The notes under the pieces are model-generated. The model was not told the origin of the DNA. It did no database searches and worked only from the letters and a program-made list of their open reading frames with translations. Source: Octopus bimaculoides (Eukaryota). Taken from it: a stretch of DNA of 55,138 nucleotides. Both the position numbers and the translations under genes were made by a program. The DNA is taken from positions 109,016,240 to 109,071,377 of the forward strand of contig NC_068986.1 in the NCBI RefSeq assembly GCF_001194135.2, written 5' to 3'. Each line of letters opens with the position of its first letter. The stretch's first letter is position 1. Positions 11,361 through 24,414 of this stretch are shown here, in pieces.

Positions 11361-12615
11361 GTGCACGCATGTGTGTGTGTGTGTGTTATATGATAAAATA
11401 TGATTAAAATTACATAGACACTTCAAAGAGAAACATACAGATATACGAATGCATATTTCTGCACATATTAGTGCAGACGTGCATATAGTAAATTATCAAC
11501 ATATGCATTCAGACATTCATTTTTACAAACTGATAATTTTGCTGTTGATAGTGGTATTGGTTATGATGATGATGATGATGGAAATTCTTGTAGTAGTAGT
11601 AGTAGTGGCGGTGGTGGTGGTGGCGGCGGTGGGTAGCTGTGGGACTTATGTTAGGTAATTCCATTGGTGATGACGATGATAACAACAATGACAATAGTGG
11701 TGGTCATTCAAGGAGTGGCAGTGGTAATGGTGTAGATGATGACAACAATCACAATGGCAATCATTTAAACATTGCTGTTGCTGATGATGATGATGGTGGT
11801 GATGATGATGATGATGATGATGATGATGTGTAAACGGTTGAAAGCTGCCAACGGCAAAGCAGAACCCAGGAAATGGAAAGCATCTGCGCAGATGAAAATA
11901 AGGGGTTTTGTGCTAAGNNNNNNNNNNNNNNNNNNNNNNNNNNNNNNNNNNNNNNNNNNNNNNNNNNNNNNNNNNNNNNNNNNNNNNNNNNNNNNNNNNN
12001 NNNNNNNNNNNNNNNNNNNNNNNNNNNNNNNNNNNNNNNNNNNNNNNNNNNNNNNNNNNNNNNNNNNNNNNNNNNNNNNNNNNNNNNNNNNNNNNNNNNN
12101 NNNNNNNNNNNNNNNNNNNNNNNNNNNNNNNNNNNNNNNNNNNNNNNNNNNNNNNNNNNNNNNNNNNNNNNNNNNNNNNNNNNNNNNNNNNNNNNNNNNN
12201 NNNNNNNNNNNNNNNNNNNNNNNNNNNNNNNNNNNNNNNNNNNNNNNNNNNNNNNNNNNNNNNNNNNNNNNNNNNNNNNNNNNNNNNNNNNNNNNNNNNN
12301 NNNNNNNNNNNNNNNNNNNNNNNNNNNNNNNNNNNNNNNNNNNNNNNNNNNNNNNNNNNNNNNNNNNNNNNNNNNNNNNNNNNNNNNNNNNNNNNNNNNN
12401 NNNNNNNNNNNNNNNNNNNNNNNNNNNNNNNNNNNNNNNNNNNNNNNNNNNNGGACGAGGAGGTGGTGGTGGTTGTGGTTGTGGTGGTGGTGGTGGTGGT
12501 GATAGTGGTGGTGGTAGGTGGGTGGTGTTATGGTGGTTTAATGGAAGACGAGAGAGGTGCGGGTGGTAAATAGTGGTAGGGGAGATGCACAAAGAAAAAC
12601 AATATTGTTTAGGAA

Positions 12616-12646
<31 letters not shown>

Positions 12647-12985
12647 AGAACAGTTAGTACAAAAGATGATGGTGATGATGATGATAATGATGATGATGAT
12701 GATGATGGATTCGACTGAATTGAATGCTTTTAGTCATCCATCGGTCTTCTCGATCAGGTCTGACCTGGAACTAAACAACATGAACTGAGCGATGTGATGA
12801 AGACGGAAATATCCTATTGATTGTTACAGTAAATTATCTAGTGTGGAGTTAAATGCTTCAAGGCAGACAAGGGGAACATTTTTATGTTGGAAGGCTACGT
12901 TGAAGTTAACAGCCATCTGACAAGCATGGATTTAAAACAAAAAGGTAAAAAAAAGATCTTACAAAAAAAAACAGTTGACAAAAAA

Positions 12986-13177
12986 TAGGCACAGGAGTGG
13001 CTGTGTGGTAAGTAGCTCGCTTACCAACCACATGGTTCCGGGTTCAGTCCCACTGCATGGCACCTTGGGCAAGTGTCTTCTACTATAGCCTCAGGCCGAC
13101 CAAAGCCTTGTGAGTGGATTTGGTAGATGGAAACTGAAAGAAGCCCGTTGCATATATATATATATATATATATATAT
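12986..13177 (+). mobile_element. SINE-AB A half
   Basis: GGCACAGGAGTGGCTGTGTGGTAAGTAGC...GGTTCAGTCCC...GAAAGAAGCCCG(TA)n. Confidence 0.9.
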
Positions 13178-13609
13178 TATTTTGTTTAAAAGAGTTCCAA
13201 CACTGTCTGCTTTTTATGTTTTATTTATATTCCTGCAGAACTAATGTGGGGTATAGAATATGGAATATACAATATATAATATAATATACAATATACAATA
13301 TAAAATAAAATAAAATAAAAATGGATGGCACCATGAAAGAAAGTATTGAATGTAGATGAAATATTGAGTGTTCAACATAAAGGATCAAATATATAAANNN
13401 NNNNNNNNNNNNNNNNNNNNNNNNNNNNNNNNNNNNNNNNNNNNNNNNNNNNNNNNNNNNNNNNNNNNNNNNNNNNNNNNNNNNNNNNNNNNNNNNNNNN
13501 NNNNNNNNNNNNNNNNNNNNNNNNNNNNNNNNNNNNNNNNNNNNNNNNNNNNNNNNNNNNNNNNNNNNNNNNNNNNNNNNNNNNNNNNNNNNNNNNNNNN
13601 NNNNNNTAC

Positions 13610-13649
<40 letters not shown>

Positions 13650-13930
13650 ATGTGTGTATGTGTGTGTGTGTGTATGTATATGTATATGTGTATGTGTATG
13701 TATATGTGTGTATATGTTTTGTGTGTGTGTTTGTCCCCCCCCCACCATCGCTTGACAACCGATGTTGGTGTGTTTACGTCCCCGTAACTTAGTAGTTCGG
13801 CAAAAGACAACCAATATATTTAAGTACTAGGCTTACAAAGAATAAGTCCTGGGCTCAATCTGTTTGACTAAAGGCAGTGCTCCAGCATGGCTGCAGTCAA
13901 ATAACTGAAACAAATAAAAGAGTAAAAGTA
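13610..13930 (+). mobile_element. SINE-AB spacer + B half
   Basis: (TG)n, then CCATCGCTTGACAACCGATG...GAAACAAATAAAAGAGTAAAAG. Confidence 0.85.
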
Positions 13931-15640
13931 AAAACAAATATCAAAGAGGTGGAGTTATGTTTTATCTTTCATCTTTTACTTGTCTCAGTCATTAGGCTGC
14001 AGTCATGCTGGGGCAGCACTTTGAAGAAATTTTAATCAAATGTATAGACTGTAGTATTTTTCTTTTCTAAAGCCTGGTATTTATTCTATTGGTCTCTTTT
14101 ACTGAACCACAAAGTTACAGGGATGTAAACACACCAACACTGGTTGTCAAGTGGTGGTGGAGTACAAACACAAACAAACACACCAGGCTCCAATCTGATT
14201 TGGCAGAGTTTCTACAGCTGGATGCCCTTCCTAACGCCAACCACTCCGAGAGTGTAGTGGGTGCTTTTACATGCCACCGGCACGAAGGCCAGTTGGACGA
14301 TACTAGCATGTATTAAATTGCTGTTTGATCTCAAGGCTTAAACTGTTCTTTCTCAGTGGATTTTTAGACCCTTCATAAACTGGTGACTTGAAACTTGAAT
14401 ATAGGTGAGGGGTTCCTTACCCCTTCTTTATGGAGTCACTCAATCTGCTAGAGATAGCAGCCAATCCTAACTCCCTCGTATCACGGTTTACCATCTTAAA
14501 CTAAAAACACATTATTAACCAATGGGATTTTTCTTTAAGATGGTAGGTTGTGATATGAAGAAATTAAAGCCATTTGCAATCTCTAGCAGATCAAGTGACT
14601 CCATAACAAAGAGGTAAGAACACTATTTACAATAAAATGGGAATTATGAAAAATAAATGTGGATCATATCCATATATTTAGTCTTGTTCTGATATTAGGC
14701 CCCATGAGGGCTTCTTTGCAGCTTGGGATAAGGATCAACTCATTTCATTATAGCCTAACAACTCATTCCTATCTGCTTATATCTCCTTCCTAATGTGCTG
14801 GGCATAAGTAGCAGAATATAACTTATAAAACTTAAACTAGATACGTTATATCTCAATAAAATAGAGAAAAAATGGATTGTGATGGTCACAGCTGGGAAGT
14901 TTCTAATTATAGATCTACTCAAAGATGGATAACCCGGGGCTAAACAACAATAGCCATTATATTATACGTTATATATGTCATTAATGGCACATGAGGAAAT
15001 TAGTTCACCAAACTGACTACTATAACTCTCTCTTTCTCTCTCTCTCTCTCTCTTACTGAAGTTATTTACTCAGGGATGTCATTTACAAGAAAGATAATTG
15101 TTAAGTTAGTATTAATATTTAAAATAATGAAGATCAAAATATGTTTTAGAAAAAGATTAGACACCAATTAGCTAAATAACTAAAAATACTATAATAATTT
15201 CAGCAAGTAAGGGAGATAACATTAGACATATTTCAATCTTAGCAGACCTCGTCAGTCAATCACAGACATCAAATTATGAAGTGGAAATGTCAGAGCAGAA
15301 GTACCATAATATACACTGAAAAAAATAAATAAATAAAAGCAAATCACATATGTTAATTGCTTAGAAATGCCATCTGCATAGAAAACAATAGTTAAGTTAG
15401 TGTTAACATATTTAATATGGTGAGCAATAGAAATCTAATTAGAAATACTTGTGTAGAGAGGAAAAGTCAATATTAAGTTAATGATTAATGTTATTTTAAG
15501 TACTTTGATAAATAAGACAGACAACTTTGGACAACTTGCTTGTATGTTAATTATTCATGAGGACTCATGTACGATATGGTCCACCGATGTAACGATTCTT
15601 TCATTACTACTTTGGTAGCTATGGAGAAGTGTATGCTTCA

Positions 15641-15670
15641 CTGAAGAGGTTTAATAAATCAAAACATGTC
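15641..15670 (+). ncRNA. Decayed hammerhead motif
   Basis: CTGAAGA GGTTT-AAT-AAATC AAAA CATGTC: stem II, palindromic ACATGT stem III and GUC triplet are present, but GAAA reads AAAA and stem I is poor. Confidence 0.45.
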
Positions 15671-16069
15671 CAAATTTGCCTTGCATGCTAATGGCATTAG
15701 TAATTGACTTACTTCTTCACTACATCGTTTATCTTTTAATTGTTTCATTCATTAATTAGATTGTGGCCATACTGGGGCACCACCTTGAAGAATTTCTAGT
15801 CAAATGAATCAACTCCAGTTTAAACTTTGTACTTATTCCATTGGTCTCCTTTGACGAACTGCTAAGTCACAGGAATCTAAACACATCAATACCAGTTGTC
15901 AAGTGGTGGTGGTGGGGGGGGGGGCAAACACAGAAACAAAGACACACACACACACGGTGGGTTTCTTTCAGTTTCCATCTACCAAATCCACTCACAAGGT
16001 CTACCCAAGGCTCTGGTAGAAGACACCAAGGTCTACCCTAAGCCCAAGGTGCCACACAGTAGGACTGAA

Positions 16070-16500
16070 CTTTCCATGCTAGCATGGGTTGGACAATTTG
16101 ACTGAGGACTGGCAAACCAGATGGCTACACCAGACTCCAATCTGATCTGACAATGTTTCTACAGCTGGATGCCCTTCCTAATGCCAACCACTCCAAGAGT
16201 GTAGTCGGTGCTTTTTACGTGCCACCGGCACAAGGGCCAGTCCGGCGGTACTGGCAACGGCCATGCTCAAATGGTGTTTTTTACATGCCACCTGCACAGG
16301 AGTCAGCCAATGTTTTGTTCACATGCCACCGGCACAAGTGCCAGTAAGGCAAAGCTGGAAACGATCACATTCAAATGGTGCTTTTTAAATGCCACCGGCA
16401 CGGGAGTGAGACCGCTGCTCTGGCAGTGATCCCGCTTGGATGGTGCTGTTAGCGCCCCACTGGCACATGTGCCAATCATCAAATTTGGTTCATCATCTTG
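16070..16500 (-). mobile_element. Repeat D with internal ~65-bp units
   Basis: RTE-like tail plus repeated (A/C)TGCCACCGGCAC units. Confidence 0.8.
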
Positions 16501-18029
16501 TGACATTCAAGTATGCTAAGTCACACAACATAAACCACTAACATGGATGCTTACATGTTTACATGTTTACTTTCACCTTAAGTAAGCTAATGTTTTTCTA
16601 AACCATGACGATTCTTCAGAAATATTTACTTTTCATTTCTGCTTCACTTACGAAATGAAACAAAGTTTGGATAGGACACAGATCTTAACTTTGGTAACTT
16701 CTTTGTGCCAGTATGTACACTAATGAAATACTTCTCTATTTAGAGTCATCTTCTGGTCAAACCTGCTTGAACATTTTTAACCCATACATGCCATCCATGT
16801 GAGTCCTGTTTTAGTTGAAGAGTATAAGCCTGAAACCTCACACTTCCCACTGCTCAAAATGACCAAACTTAAAGGCATTCTACAGACTCTCCTTTCGATT
16901 AATCGCTGCTGATGGTGATCCACATTACCTCAGATTCTGAGTTGTTTGGGTCAAAGACACAATGCAACAGTCTACTAGACCAACAAATGGTTGACCACAT
17001 TTGACTACATGCATTCCTGCACGCTAACTAGTCATACTAATGAGGGAGCTTCCATACAGTCACCTAATCTGTAAGATATGGTGGCACACGCACACACACC
17101 AATGTAACACATACACAAGCCAATGAAAAAGCCTCTACATGCTAGAAACAAGAGCCAACTCTCCCTCAAGTTTCAGGGAAAAATTAAGAAAAATCATTGG
17201 ATAATATGTTCCTAGATTCCTTACACACAGAGGGGAAAAAGATGGGATGGCCATGGTTGGAATATCTTTGGTCATAGGTCTGTTGGATCAGAATGAACTG
17301 GTGGTTCACAAACCAATGACGGTGGGGGCTTCTTTGTTGTCACTCAACCTGTTAAAAATAGCAGCCAAATGTCCTTACTGCCTTAAAAACATTATAGGAC
17401 TTGATATACATACAGACAGGATGGTCATAGTTGTATTGAGTCTAGATTATAGATTTATTTGATCAAAGGTGACAAGGTTGATGAACAACAACAACACAAA
17501 TATTCTCACAAGTCAATGATGGAAGACTAGTTACTGCTAGAAACAGAAGCTAAATCTCCATCAGATCACATCCAACCATCTTAACAAAAGAAGACCACCT
17601 ATTGGATAATGTAATCATGGATACATTATGTTTGAATAAAAGGTGTGATGGTCATCAATGGAATGTCTTTGATCATAGGTTTACTTGATCAGAACTAACC
17701 AGGGGCTAAACAACATTTACATGCTAAAAAAGAAAATAAAACAATGCAGTTTTGGTAAAATCCATATAATTCTAGCAGAAGTAAGGGAAGGTCAAGCTTC
17801 ACAATATATCATTGAAGCTGTCAACCGGCCATTGACCAGTGGCTAAACTGCAGTATATATCTCAAGAAAACATCTGTTATGCATGTGTACAGTTAAAAAA
17901 CACAGAAATCTATCAGTAGCAGGTGAAAATTGTCCAGCAGGACTGGTGGTGGTGGTGGTGGCATTCAGGATTTCAATGATTTTTCTGTTTTAAGTAAGAT
18001 ATACAGGTTGCTATTTTAAACTAATACTG

Positions 18030-18520
18030 CTGCTGTGTGGTAAGTAGCTTGATTACCAACCACATGGTTCCGGGTTCAGTCCCACTGTGTGGCACCTTGG
18101 GCAAGTGTCTTCTACTATAGCCTCGGGCCGACCAAAGCTTTGTGAGTGGATTTGGTAGACAAAAACTGAAAGAAGCCCGTCGTATATATATATATATATA
18201 TNNNNNNNNNNNNNNNNNNNNNNNNNNNNNNNNNNNNNNNNNNNNNNNNNNNNNNNNNNNNNNNNNNNNNNNNNNNNNNNNNNNNNNNNNNNNNNNNNNN
18301 NNNNNNNNNNNNNNNNNNNNNNNNNNNNNNNNNNNNNNNNNNNNNNNNNNNNNNNNNNNNNNNNNNNNNNNNNNNNNNNNNNNNNNNNNNNNNNNNNNNN
18401 NNNNNNNNNNNNNNNNNNNNNNNNNNNNNNNNNNNNNNNNNNNNNNNNNNNNNNNNNNNNNNNNNNNNNNNNAGCATGGCCGCAGTCAAATGACTGAAAC
18501 AAGTAAAAGAGTAAAAGAGA
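18030..18520 (+). mobile_element. SINE-AB (gap in spacer)
   Basis: A head to (TA)n, gap, then B tail GCATGGCCGCAGTCAAATGACTGAAACAAG. Confidence 0.85.
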
Positions 18521-18583
18521 ATAAATAAAATAGAAAAAAAAAAGAGAAGCTGCAAGAGAGGCCACAAAAGCAAAACCTGTTTC

Positions 18584-18634
<51 letters not shown>

Positions 18635-19544
18635 ATTGTAATGTGAAGATATATCTCTGCAGCATATTTAGTGTCAAAATGTTAAATACAAAAGCCTTTA
18701 GAACATTTCTATTTATTTTTCTTCTCTATGTTTTACAGACAAATAACTAGCATTTCCTGGGAATCAAACTGAATGAAAATTGATAATGTCACCACAAAAG
18801 GTCTTAAAAAAAATATAAATTGTTACTTGTGGTGGTGGTGTTGTTGTTGTTGTTGATGTTGTAGTTGTTGGTTTGTGCTCCAAGTTGTAGCTATATTTCT
18901 GCCATATATCTTTGAGTCATTGTTGGAAGGATGATGCCTACTATTAAAGTGTAACTATGTTTATAAATGGCATGATGATAGGATGAAGAGGGAAGAGGTC
19001 CAGGAGTTTCTTCACAAACTGGGAAGCTATTTCACCCCAAATTCACCGTTAAATATAGAAACTTGTCAGACAATACTTTCGTTTTTGGTTATTTAGTTTT
19101 TCACAGACACACTCAAACGCACAATGACAAAGCCTCTATGAAGTCCCTTGGTGGAAATAGCAACCAAATCTCCCTCTACTTTATTGTCTTAAAAAAAAGA
19201 AAGAGTTCTAAAAGAAGAAAAGAAAGAAACTCAACAGGATGGTCATAGCTTGAACATCTGGATCAGAAGTGATGTGACACTAAACATAAACAACATAATC
19301 CAATGGAAAAGCTTGTTTGGTAGCTTGACCAACAAGAATTAGCAGCTAAATCTACCTCAAAATATCTTAAGGTAAAAGACAGATTGGATAATGGAGTGGT
19401 AGGTATACACTAATCCCTCGCCATATCGTGGTTCACCTATCACAGATTATTATTTAAACATACATTAATTCCTCCATAGTGTTGTTTTGCATTTATAATA
19501 AAATTAATACATACAAATTATAAAAGTAATAATAATAAAATAAG

Positions 19545-20133
19545 ACCTGTTGAGGCAAGTGAAATCGAAATCGAACCAAATTCAACAACTGGCACCCATG
19601 CCAACCTCTCTTTCATTGGACACTAAACTTGGCTTGCGAAGACCTGTCGGGGCAAGTGAAAGCGAAATCGTGATGGCACCTGTACCAGTGGAGCGCAAAG
19701 AGCACCGTCCGAACGTGATCGTTGCCAGAGCAGCTGTCTGGCTTCCATGCCAGTGGTATGTAAATAGCACCATTTGAGCATGATCGTTACCAGCGTCGCC
19801 TTCCTGGCACTTGTGCCAGTGAAACGTGAAAAGACATTCGAGCGAGGTCGTTGCCAGTGCCGCTGAACTGGCTCCTGTGCAGGTGGCACGTAAAATACAC
19901 CATTTTGAGCGTGGCCGTTGCCAGTACCGCCTGACTAGCCTTTGTGCCGTTGGCACGTAAAAGTACCCACTACACTCTCGGAGTGGTTGGTGTAAGGAAG
20001 GGCATCTAGCTGTAGAAACTCTGCCAAATCAGATTGGAGCCTGGTGTAACCATCTGGTTCACCAGTCCCCAGTTAAATCATCCAGCCCATGCTAGCATGG
20101 AAAGCGGACATTAAACAATGATGATGATGATGT
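19545..20133 (+). mobile_element. Longest Repeat D copy, with 4.5 tandem ~65-bp units
   Basis: Units start at about 19682, 19747, 19813, 19877 and 19944; ends GCGGACATTAAACAA(TGA)n. Confidence 0.85.
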
Positions 20134-20789
20134 TTCTACTTTGAAGATTTTCACCTACGCAGGGGTTTTAGAACGTAACACCTGTAATAGTCAAGGGATT
20201 ATTGTATTCTAAAACAACAGAGAAGCGATGGCTGAAATGACTTTCGTCATAGGCCTGACAACAGCATGCGCACACACACGCACACGCACACGCAAACACA
20301 CACACATCTTCTTGGTTATTTCTCAAGTATGAAAGACAATGAGTTTAACATGAAATAGTATTTTGTGAATTTAAGGCACCACAAGCTATTGATGTACAGA
20401 ATCAAAACTTGAATAGAAACACAAGTTGTTAGGAGACTACAGACAGGGGGCCCAGTGCTGAAACAGGGTTAAATTTTGTTCACCAAACAAAGAAATCACT
20501 CCTCAGCACATAATGAGCTCCCACTGTTGAAACCAGTAAATTGTACCTCCCTATGGAACTTATTTAGAGTTAGAAAGACTGAGACAGTGAGAGAGAAATA
20601 TCTTGGCTGTAGTTGCTTCACAGCACATGGAGCTAGACATGACTCTTCAACACTTCATCTGTGTCCGGGTGATCTGTGACTCTGCTGACTCCAACATCAA
20701 TGACTCTCAGCCATTGTTATTGCTGTTTACCCCAGCCCCAGGGCAGCTCTCCTTCATCAAGTAGACCCAATGTTCAAAGGCATCCAAGC

Positions 20790-21243
20790 TACTCTCTTTA
20801 CTCTCTTTTACTCTTTTACTCTTTTACTTGTTTTAGTCATTTGACTGGGGCCATGCTGGAGCACCGCATCTAGTCGAGAAAATCGACCCCAGGACTTATT
20901 CTTTGGAAGCCTAGTACTTATTCTATCGGTCTCTTTTGCCAAACCGCTAAGTTACGGGGACGTAAACAAACCAGCATTGGTTGTCAAGCGATGTTGGGGG
21001 ACAAACACAGACACGCAAACATACACACACACACACACACTCATATATATATATGTATATATATATATACATATATATACATATATATATANNNNNNNNN
21101 NNNNNNNNNNNNNNNNNNNNNNNNNNNNNNNNNNNNNNNNNNNNNNNNNNNNNNNNNNNNNNNNNNNNNNNNNNNNNNNNNNNNNNNNNNNCGGAACCAT
21201 GTGGCTGGTAAGCAAGCTATTTACCACACAGCCACTCCTGCTC
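20790..21243 (-). mobile_element. SINE-AB full length, young (gap inside)
   Basis: Long (AAAAGAGT)n tail; most CpGs intact. Confidence 0.85.
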
Positions 21244-21694
21244 CTGTGAACATCTTATTTTTCTGCAGACACAGTTTATCTCAGACTAGACTATTCAATG
21301 TGGCCTTCTATGTTTGAGACTACAGGATGTGATATGAGAAAGGCTTAGGTATCATTTCTAGTGGTATAAGCAGCACAGTTGACTGAACTGGCTTGTGTTT
21401 AAGGATGGAACACAAAAGCCTAACCCTGGTGAGATTTGAACTCACAATGTAAAGAGATGGAACCGTATCAACTGCTGTGAGTCATATAGGCTGGTGCTCT
21501 ACTGTTGCTGGTGTGTTACTTCATGAATTTTATGTAATATAAAGCAAAATAAATAGAATGGTAGAGAAACAGAACAGGAGACAGAGCTGCAAGTCAGATC
21601 AAGATACTCTGAATCTCTGGCAGTCTTTCAACTTGGCAAAAGACTTTGCAATATAATACTGGAAAAACTACAAGGTTTTGAGCCAATGAGGAGG

Positions 21695-22150
21695 TCTCTA
21701 TGTGAACTGCTAGAAATAGCAGCCAAATCGTCCTCAAATTATATCCTACTTGTAGTAGAAGAATTATACTGAGCCACAGTGTTGTTCAAGATATACAATG
21801 TCCAAGTAAATGATGGGATAGTCATGGTTGGAATGCCTTTGATCATAAGTTTGGTCAGTCAGTGCTGACCTGGGGCTAAGCAACATCTTATATAACACCA
21901 GCAAATGAGGGAGCCATGGCAAAATAAAGGGGTCTCTATGTGGTTGTTTGAACTGCTAGAAAAAGCAGCCAAATTTTCCTGAAATCACACCTTATCACCT
22001 TTTTTCTTTAAAAAAAAAAGGTGGGCGTATTGAATAATGTAGTCCAAGATAGACTGTATCTGAAAAGTCAAAAAGGACAGGATGGTCATGGCTGAAATGT
22101 CTATTGATCATAGTCTTGCTCAGTCAGTACTGACCTGGAGTGAAACAACA
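21695..22150 (+). repeat. Two tandem copies of unclassified Repeat E ((AAC)n-ended)
   Basis: CTGCTAGAAATAGCAGCCAAAT...GATGGTCATGGYTGRAATG...TGACCTGG..CTAAACAAC; further copies near 14440, 17130, 17520, 19150, 30720, 33165, 37330, 38670, 44155 and 46600. Confidence 0.7.
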
Positions 22151-22240
22151 AGAAGAACACTAAAAGTTTTGAAACCATCACTTGGCAAACCTTCTCTTCC
22201 ATCACATTTCATGAAATGCTTCTGAAAGCAGAAACACACA

Positions 22241-22277
<37 letters not shown>

Positions 22278-23236
22278 GCTCACTCTCACTCTCTCTCTCT
22301 GAATCAGAATTTAAAAAGGCCTGATCCCAGCCATTTTATTATCCCACATACCCTATATCAAACCAACAGAGGAGACTTTATGAAGTTACTTGACCTGCAA
22401 GACATAACTGTCAAATCTTCCTCAAACCTCTCTTTTCTATCAAAAAGTGTAACTTTACAATGGATAGTATAACCCTAAGTACTCCATGTCAGTGGAAGGA
22501 GTGATGAGATGATCATAGCCAGACTGCCATAGCTCAGGTCTATACAACCAAGCCATATTTTCTGTTAAATACCAGTAAAAAAAAAAATCTTTCATAAGCC
22601 TGAAAAAACATGTTTGGTCATGGAGAAACATTACCTTGTTTGGAAACAGGTGAAGGTTGGTGACAGGGAAGGCATCTGACCATGGAAGAATTTGGCTCAA
22701 CAAATTCTGTCTGACAAATGCAAGTATGACAAAGTGGACGGTATGATGATGATGATGATATAAGATGAGGTGATCCTAGCTGGAATGCTTTTCGTTGGAA
22801 GTCTGCTTGATCAGGGTTGACTTAAAGCTAAATAACAACAACATCAACAACAACCTAAAGCTATGAAGTATGTGATGTTACAAAGTCAAATATTTCCTCA
22901 GTTGATCTTCTAATGTCACATATCTTCTAAGGAAAGATGTTTCTTCATAAATTCGTATTGAAACAGGGGTGGTGGGAGGCGGAGGGAGGAAAGAAGAAAT
23001 CAATGCTGTCAAATTAAAAACAGTTTGTATTTAGTTAAACAATCAATAGTTTGTTTATTTATTTATGTATTTATCTTCAAGCACAATTGTCAACAGAAAA
23101 AAAGTTTAAAAGAAATCATTAATATGGATTGTATAACTTTTATGATTCAACCGAATTATGTAACAGACACACACATGCACATAGTTGTATAATGGGTAAC
23201 ATCTTGGAATTAAATTGTAAGTCAACATTACAGGGG

Positions 23237-24060
23237 GAGGCACAGGCATGGCTGTGTGGTAAGAAGCTTGTTTCCCAACCATATGGTTTCGGGTTCAGTC
23301 CCACCGTGAGGCACCTTGGGCAAGTGTCTTCTACTATAGCCTCAGACTGACCAAAGCCTTGTGAGTGGATTTGGTAGACAGTGTAGCAAACTCTACTGAG
23401 CTTCCTCTCTTATATTAAGCACATACGAACATAGCAGGTAACAGCTTTGGGGCACTGTTTTGGACCCCGTAGTGTCTACCACTCTGATTGGTTCATATTG
23501 GTGCAACTTGTCTCTTACTCTATCGCACGCCTATATACAACCCAACCAATCACAACCTGCAAATATGTCATGTGAGACAGTCTGTTCCAAACAAGCATTT
23601 GAGCCTACCAGTCAGCTATAAAAGCTCACCTCTTCCTAGGCTCGACGTCAGTTGGTCCCAGACTTCCTAAGGTCCAACCACTGACCACATTGTAGCGACC
23701 TCCATCTTCATCGCCACCCCAGATGTCACTCACCAATGTCGTCAAATCTACACAGCACCAACACACTGCACTGGTTCCAACATCGCTGTTCGCAAGCTTC
23801 TCACCAGGGTTGACAGCTTACATACAACCCACGCAGACGCCTGTAGATATATATAAAAGTCCATCAACCATTCTATTCGTCATTCCATTGTGTATATGCG
23901 TCTGACAACAATAAACATGTTAAAGTTACTACCTTGTGTTTATACATTCTTTACCAGGTTCCTACCACCACAATAACATAACAGCCTTCTGAGAGTCTCA
24001 TTAGATGACACCACAACCTAGAACATAGAACATCTGACACAAAAACTGAAAGAAGCCCAT
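23237..24060 (+). mobile_element. SINE-AB A half split by an insertion
   Basis: ...GGATTTGGTAGACAG (23381) resumes as CAAAAACTGAAAGAAGCCC (24040). Confidence 0.8.
23382..24039 (+). mobile_element. Solo LTR-like insert
   Basis: Starts TGTAG; CCAAT motifs at 23485-23493 and 23544-23552; TATAAAA at 23617 and 23852; AATAAA at 23910; possible ends at TAACA 23983 or TGACA 24039; no clean TSD. Confidence 0.5.
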
Positions 24061-24366
24061 TGATGATGATGACGACGATGATGTGTATACATCATCACCA
24101 TTATCATCATCATTTAACGTCAGCTTGCCAGGTCAGCTTGATGGTTTGACTGGAACTGCTAAGCTGGATGGCTGCACCAAGTTCCAGTCTGATTTGGCAT
24201 GGTTTCTACGACTGGACACCACTGGCGCCAGGGGCCATTTACATGACATTGGCAACAGTTATGACTATGATTTCAATTGGCTTGACGCATCTTCTCAAAC
24301 ACAGCATATTGTGAAAGGTCTTAGTCACTTGTCCTTGCCCAACATACACATGTGTGTGTGCGAGTA

Positions 24367-24414
<48 letters not shown>

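Noticed and set aside
15252-15315. Strong minus acceptor with VYYGTSALTFPLHNLMSVID*
   Set aside because: Could be a terminal exon, but there is no homology or linked exon, and such acceptors are frequent in AT-rich DNA.
18739-18800. Strong plus acceptor TTTTACAG|
   Set aside because: Stops in all frames within 12 codons and no good donor.
19682-19990. CRISPR-like periodicity
   Set aside because: Whole units are homologous (no unique spacers), the DNA is eukaryotic, and no cas genes are present.
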